The notes under the pieces are model-generated. The model ran no database searches and was not told the origin of the DNA. It saw only the letters and a list, made by a program, of their open reading frames with translations. DNA of 52,709 nt from Candidatus Faeciplasma avium (GTDB lineage Bacteria > Bacillota > Clostridia > Oscillospirales > Ruminococcaceae): the NCBI GenBank assembly GCA_018713505.1, contig DVOL01000005.1, positions 1 to 52,709 on the forward strand. Direction: 5' to 3'. A program made the position numbers and the translations under genes. Each line of letters starts with the position of its first letter. Position 1 is the first letter of the stretch. Shown piece after piece: positions 48,850 to 52,709 of the stretch.

Positions 48850-49455
48850 TTAATCCTGCCTGCAAAGATGTGCCAGGGAAAGTGCGAGGTCCTCATACCT
48901 CACCGAGACATTCTTAGGCACCCTGAGCCTGCAGGGAGCAAAGCACCATATCGCAGTTATCCCGCACTTTATCAGCAGGGAGGCAACCTCCTGCGCAGAC
49001 TCCTTCGGGACGGTGATTATCCCTATCCTTATATCCTCCAGCGTGCAGATATTCTGCAGGGAATCCATAGAGTATATCGGCTTTCCGGAGGAGGAGGAGG
49101 TCTGCCACAGCCCGGCGTCCCTGTCAAAGGCGGCTGCGATTTCGATGCCGTATTCAGAAAAGCCGGAGTAGTCAAGAAGAGCCCGTCCTAGCTTTCCTGC
49201 GCCGACAAGCACAGCTTTTTTTATGTTCCCCGAGCCAAGGCAATGCTCGATGCTGGAAATAAGCTCGCTCGTGACATAGCCGACCCTGGGTCTGCCCTCG
49301 CCGCTGACTGCGCCGAGGTCCTTTCTGACCTGAACCTCGCCGAAGCCCAAAGCCCTCGATATCGAGGTTGCCGAGACAGTTTCCGATTCAAGCTGCTTCA
49401 GATAGCCTAGATACGCTGGCAGACGGCCCAGCGTCGCCTTCGGGACCATGCTCAT
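48850..49455 (-). CDS. rex: redox-sensing transcriptional repressor Rex
   Basis: Winged helix VPKATLGRLPAYLGYL and Rossmann motif LVGAGKLGRAL. Start taken at ATG 49455 (or 49449) because the promoter's predicted TSS falls inside the longer track ORF. Confidence 0.88.
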   Translation of the reverse strand: MSMVPKATLGRLPAYLGYLKQLESETVSATSISRALGFGEVQVRKDLGAVSGEGRPRVGYVTSELISSIEHCLGSGNIKKAVLVGAGKLGRALLDYSGFSEYGIEIAAAFDRDAGLWQTSSSSGKPIYSMDSLQNICTLEDIRIGIITVPKESAQEVASLLIKCGITAIWCFAPCRLRVPKNVSVRYEDLALSLAHLCRQD

Positions 49456-49492
49456 CGCTAATGCACTTCTCCTGTTTTCTTTTCTTAATGAC

Positions 49493-49521
49493 ATGATAGC
49501 ATATTTTTTTGGGGATTTCAA
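49493..49521 (-). promoter_or_regulatory. rex-adhE promoter
   Basis: The minus strand reads TTGAAA (49516-49521), a 17-nt spacer, then TATCAT (49493-49498). Confidence 0.5.
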
Positions 49522-49554
49522 TAGGCTTTAATAGATTTTTACATCTTCTACGAT

Positions 49555-49573
49555 TCGATAATATATTTATCGA
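49555..49573. promoter_or_regulatory. inverted repeat upstream of the rex promoter (candidate operator)
   Basis: TCGATAA-tatat-TTATCGA, with perfect 7-bp arms. Confidence 0.35.
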
Positions 49574-49686
49574 TAATGCTATTAGCTATTGAGCAGTATC
49601 ACCAAACCGACCATGCCGCAGGGTCACGGCGGGAGTAAAAAAAGAAGCTTATCAGCCTCTTCCCTGATATGCTCATATGCTAAATC

Positions 49687-49719
49687 AAAAAAATGTGCCC
49701 CGGCTTTCGTCGGGACACA
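49687..49719 (-). terminator. rho-independent terminator after the ferredoxin gene
   Basis: The minus strand reads ugugucccg-acgaaagc-cggggcaca (one G-U pair), followed by uuuuuuu. Confidence 0.65.
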
Positions 49720-49820
49720 TAAAACCTATCGGTTTTAAAACCTTGCGGTTTTCTTGGGGAGCGTCTGCCCCCCCTTTTTTTGAATGTACTCAGCCTAGGA
49801 TGGCTGACCCGGTTTCGGGA

Positions 49821-49991
49821 TTACTCCTCAACGGGCGCTCCTACAGGGCAGACTGCGGCGCAGTTTCCGCAGCCTATGCAGGTCTCGGCGTCGATAACGA
49901 ACTTATCCTCGCCCTCGGTGATAGCGTTTACGGGGCACTCGGATGCACATGTACCGCAGTTGATGCACTCATCGGTAATCTTGTAAGCCAT
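49821..49991 (-). CDS. fdx: clostridial-type 2x[4Fe-4S] ferredoxin (56 aa, absent from the ORF track)
   Basis: AAGGAGG-N8-ATG. Product MAYKITDECINCGTCASECPVNAITEGEDKFVIDAETCIGCGNCAAVCPVGAPVEE with two CxxCxxCxxxCP motifs. TAA at 49821-49823. Confidence 0.9.
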   Translation of the reverse strand: MAYKITDECINCGTCASECPVNAITEGEDKFVIDAETCIGCGNCAAVCPVGAPVEE

Positions 49992-50086
49992 AGTGGTGAA
50001 TCCTCCTTTAAAATAGTTGGGTGAGGTAGCTTAGAGGCTGCTCCCTGGAAATCCGGGAGGGGCCGCTCCTGTCCTCCCATGAATAC

Positions 50087-50114
50087 ATAATAGCATATAT
50101 TTTAAAAAATGCAA
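50087..50114 (-). promoter_or_regulatory. ferredoxin promoter
   Basis: The minus strand reads TTGCAT (50109-50114), a 16-nt spacer ending TGC, then TATTAT (50087-50092). Confidence 0.45.
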
Positions 50115-50147
50115 GTGTATTTTGACACGGTCTGCAATAATTTTAGC

Positions 50148-50176
50148 TTGAAAAAGCGGATTGGATATGCTACAAT
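50148..50176 (+). promoter_or_regulatory. promoter of the SEDS-family gene
   Basis: TTGAAA (50148-50153), a 17-nt spacer, then TACAAT (50171-50176). Confidence 0.5.
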
Positions 50177-50192
50177 CATCTAAAGAATTCTT

Positions 50193-51371
50193 TTGACTGG
50201 AGTGAGGACGCTGCTGGGTGCTGTTGTTAAGAGGGCGCTTGCGTATATTAAGAGGCTGGACAAGCTGCTTTTGCTGCTTGCCGGCTGCTGCAGTGCGATA
50301 GGGATAACGCTCATATACTCGCTTGTGATAAACAGCAGGTCGCAGAGGATAACCGACGCCGCCGTCGACTCGCAGACGGTCAAGGTCCAGCTTATAGCCG
50401 CTCTTGTCGGGCTATTTCTGGCGCTTATCATCGCCGTGTTTGACTACAGATGGTTTTCAAGGCTCTGGTTTTTGTACCTCCCGGCGGCGCTCGGGCTGAC
50501 GCTTCTTACCTTTACGGGGCTGGGGATCTCCGGGCTGGAGGGCGCAGACGACCGTGCGTGGATAGACCTCGGCTTCATTACCGTCCAGCCGGCGGAGTTT
50601 TTAAAGCTGGCATATATCCTCTCACTGTCGTACCACTGCTTTAGGACAAAGGAGTTTTTCAACAATCCCCTAAACATACTCGCCCTGCTTGTCCACGGAG
50701 GGCTTCCGGCTGCTCTTGTAATGCTCCAGGGGGACGACGGCACAGCGATGGTATTTATAATCATATTCCTGGCGATAGTCTTTGCGGCAGGGCTTTCCTG
50801 GAAGTATATCCTCGGTGCGGCGGCTTTGGCTCCCGCAGTGTTCTGGCTCCTGTGGACATATTACCTCCAGCCGGTGCACAAAAACAGGATACTAAGCGTG
50901 ATATTCCCCGAAAAATACTCAAACGCCGACCTGCTTTACCAGACCAGCCGCTCGCTTATCGCCCTAGGCTCGGGACAGCTTGAGGGCAAGGGGCTTTTCG
51001 GAGGGGATTACACCTATGTCCCGGTCTGCCACAGCGACTTTATATTCTCCTACGCCGGGCAGACGCTTGGCTTTATCGGCTGTCTGGCTATCGTTTTGCT
51101 GATTACGCTTTTCTGCCTCAGGCTTTTGCTCAGCGGCATGAGGAGTCAGGACGAGCTTGGAAGGTATATCCTAGTCGGGATATTCTCCTACTTTTTAACC
51201 CACTCGGTCTTAAATATCGGGATGGTGACCGGCATCACCCCGGTAATAGGCATCCCGCTGCCCTTTTTCTCTGCGGGAGGCACGGCTATGCTATCCTCCT
51301 GGCTGGCGGTGGGGCTTGCGCTGTCGGTGTATTATCATCATCAAAGATTTGACACAATCTTCAAAAATTAA
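50193..51371 (+). CDS. FtsW/RodA/SpoVE (SEDS) family peptidoglycan glycosyltransferase
   Basis: ~10 TM helices and conserved blocks (GDDGTAMVF, SDFIFSYAGQ, PLPFFSAGGTAM). The start is uncertain: TTG 50193 or GTG 50202. Confidence 0.88.
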   Translation: MTGVRTLLGAVVKRALAYIKRLDKLLLLLAGCCSAIGITLIYSLVINSRSQRITDAAVDSQTVKVQLIAALVGLFLALIIAVFDYRWFSRLWFLYLPAALGLTLLTFTGLGISGLEGADDRAWIDLGFITVQPAEFLKLAYILSLSYHCFRTKEFFNNPLNILALLVHGGLPAALVMLQGDDGTAMVFIIIFLAIVFAAGLSWKYILGAAALAPAVFWLLWTYYLQPVHKNRILSVIFPEKYSNADLLYQTSRSLIALGSGQLEGKGLFGGDYTYVPVCHSDFIFSYAGQTLGFIGCLAIVLLITLFCLRLLLSGMRSQDELGRYILVGIFSYFLTHSVLNIGMVTGITPVIGIPLPFFSAGGTAMLSSWLAVGLALSVYYHHQRFDTIFKN

Positions 51372-51394
51372 ATAGGGAAAGGACGGCTTGGATA

Positions 51395-52657
51395 ATGAAC
51401 AGGATTGATTTTTCAGCGCTGTACGGCGACGCTCAGCTTCAAAAAAAGAGGTATCAGAAAACTGCGCTTTTGTTTAAGGAGGAGTTTGGGAGGCTTCCCG
51501 AGCTTTGGTTTTCCGCTCCCGGCAGGACGGAGGTCTGCGGAAACCACACCGACCACAATCACGGCATAGTCGCAGCGGCGGCTGTGGATATGGACATCAT
51601 CTGCGCCCTGGCTCCGACTGAGGACGGCATTATCACCGTAAAGTCGGAGGGCTTCCCGGGGACTGACATAGTAGACACCCGGGAGCTTGAGATAAGGGCT
51701 GAGGAGTATTCAAGCTCCTGCGCCCTTATAAGGGGAGTCGCAAAGGGCTTTTTTGACAGGGGCTACAGGATAGGGGGCTTTACCGCCTACACCAGCTCGC
51801 AGGTCTTAAAAGGCTCCGGGCTTTCCTCCTCGGCGGCGTTCGAGGTGCTTATCGGCACCGCTCTTAACCATCTTTACAACGGCGGGGAGGTTTCAGCCGT
51901 CGAGATAGCCCAGATAGCCCAGTTTTCGGAGAATGTCTACTTCGGCAAGCCGTCCGGGCTTATGGACCAGATGGCGTCCTCGGTGGGAAGCTTTATTTCC
52001 ATCGACTTTAAGGACCCCTCAAGCCCGGTGATAGACACTATCGACTTCGACCCAGCTAGAAGCGGGCTCAGGCTCTGCATTATAGACACAAGGGGAAGCC
52101 ACGCCGAGCTGACCCCGGAGTACGCCGCAATACCCGCCGAGATGAAGGCGGTTGCCGGCTCCTTCAAAAAGGATTATCTTAGGGAGCTTGACAAGAGCAC
52201 GCTTATTTCGGATATCGCAAGGGTAAGGCAGGAGTGCGGCGACAGAGCTGTTTTAAGAGCGCTTCACTTCTTTGACGAAAACGACAGGGTAATAAGCCTT
52301 TGCAGGGCTCTAAGGGCAGGCGACACCGAGAAAATGCTGGAAATAATTAATCTCTCGGGAAGAAGCTCCTTTGATTATCTCCAGAATGTCTACGCCTCGT
52401 CCATGCCGGGGATGCAGAGCGTCTCGCTGGCTCTTTACACCTGCGGAAGCCTCTTGGGCGGCAGGGGAGCCTACAGGGTCCACGGCGGAGGCTTTGCGGG
52501 AACGGTGCAGGCGTTTGTCCCAGAGGACGCCCTAGATTATTTCAGGCAGGGAATAGAGTCTGTTTTCGGGGAGGGAAGCTGTCATGTTCTTAATTTCCGT
52601 CCCTGCGGCGGAGTCATGGTTGACGGCGTAAGCCTTTCCTGCGAGGAGTCCTGCTGA
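51395..52657 (+). CDS. galactokinase-family GHMP kinase
   Basis: Galactokinase-signature-like PGRTEVCGNHTDHNHG, GHMP phosphate loop GSGLSSSAAFEV and a C-terminal GGGFAG block. Confidence 0.8.
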   Translation: MNRIDFSALYGDAQLQKKRYQKTALLFKEEFGRLPELWFSAPGRTEVCGNHTDHNHGIVAAAAVDMDIICALAPTEDGIITVKSEGFPGTDIVDTRELEIRAEEYSSSCALIRGVAKGFFDRGYRIGGFTAYTSSQVLKGSGLSSSAAFEVLIGTALNHLYNGGEVSAVEIAQIAQFSENVYFGKPSGLMDQMASSVGSFISIDFKDPSSPVIDTIDFDPARSGLRLCIIDTRGSHAELTPEYAAIPAEMKAVAGSFKKDYLRELDKSTLISDIARVRQECGDRAVLRALHFFDENDRVISLCRALRAGDTEKMLEIINLSGRSSFDYLQNVYASSMPGMQSVSLALYTCGSLLGGRGAYRVHGGGFAGTVQAFVPEDALDYFRQGIESVFGEGSCHVLNFRPCGGVMVDGVSLSCEESC

Positions 52658-52659
52658 GT

Positions 52660-52709
52660 ATGAGGATGAGAAGAAAGGCGAATCTTGACGCAAGGCTTAA
52701 AGGCTGTCA
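52660..52709 (+). CDS. start of a gene truncated by the window end (possibly tRNA (guanine-N7)-methyltransferase)
   Basis: ATG 52660 gives MRMRRKANLDARLKGC..., which resembles TrmB N-termini from memory. Only 16 codons are visible. Confidence 0.3.
   Translation, partial: MRMRRKANLDARLKGC

Noticed and set aside
49677-50024. 115-aa and 68-aa plus-strand ORFs
   Set aside because: They overlap the SD-preceded 56-aa ferredoxin on the minus strand and its terminator. They have no SD of their own.
40242-50192. Canonical Rex operators (TTGTGAA/TTGTTAA-N4-TTCACAA/TTAACAA)
   Set aside because: None was found by eye in the intergenic gaps of the redox block. The only ttgttaa (about 50224) lies inside the SEDS gene and lacks a partner half-site, so no Rex site is claimed.

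Overview
This window looks like core chromosome from an anaerobic Firmicute. Gene content, type-A RNase P RNA, frequent ATA/AGG/AGA codons at fairly high GC and a dockerin-like esterase suggest Clostridia, Oscillospiraceae/Ruminococcaceae-like; that placement is inference and was not searched. I saw no transposase, integrase, CRISPR array, tRNA or rRNA. Housekeeping genes: murA, rlmH, a MurF-like ligase plus ddl, recG, rpoB-rpoC, a RodA/FtsW-family gene, rnpB RNA. Sugar genes: two FGGY kinases including xylB, malQ, a galactokinase-family kinase. There are two MarR-controlled units: marR-nitroreductase-radical SAM, and marR plus a heterodimeric ABC exporter. The most interesting block is about 10 kb on the minus strand (40.2-50.0 kb): ferredoxin | rex-adhE-kinase-like gene-2x thioredoxin-like [2Fe-2S]-PAS-containing sensory [FeFe]-hydrogenase homologue (HydS/HfsB-like)-PP2C phosphatase-second [FeFe]-hydrogenase. 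It is a candidate H2/redox-sensing phospho-signalling unit physically fused to the ethanol (AdhE) and H2 electron-sink enzymes, and its signalling mechanism is not understood. Other items worth a second look: a 600-bp orphan intergenic region holding an unannotated SD-preceded 58-codon membrane micro-ORF, an antisense consensus promoter and terminators on both strands. A P1B-type ATPase has lost its CPC metal motif and sits behind a structured roughly 215-nt leader. The MurF-like ligase has a polytopic membrane domain in place of the N-terminal domain. A 56-aa 2x[4Fe-4S] ferredoxin is missing from the ORF track. rpoBC stands alone, and RpoB carries a long acidic tail. All coordinates and motifs were read by eye; no searches or folding programs were run.
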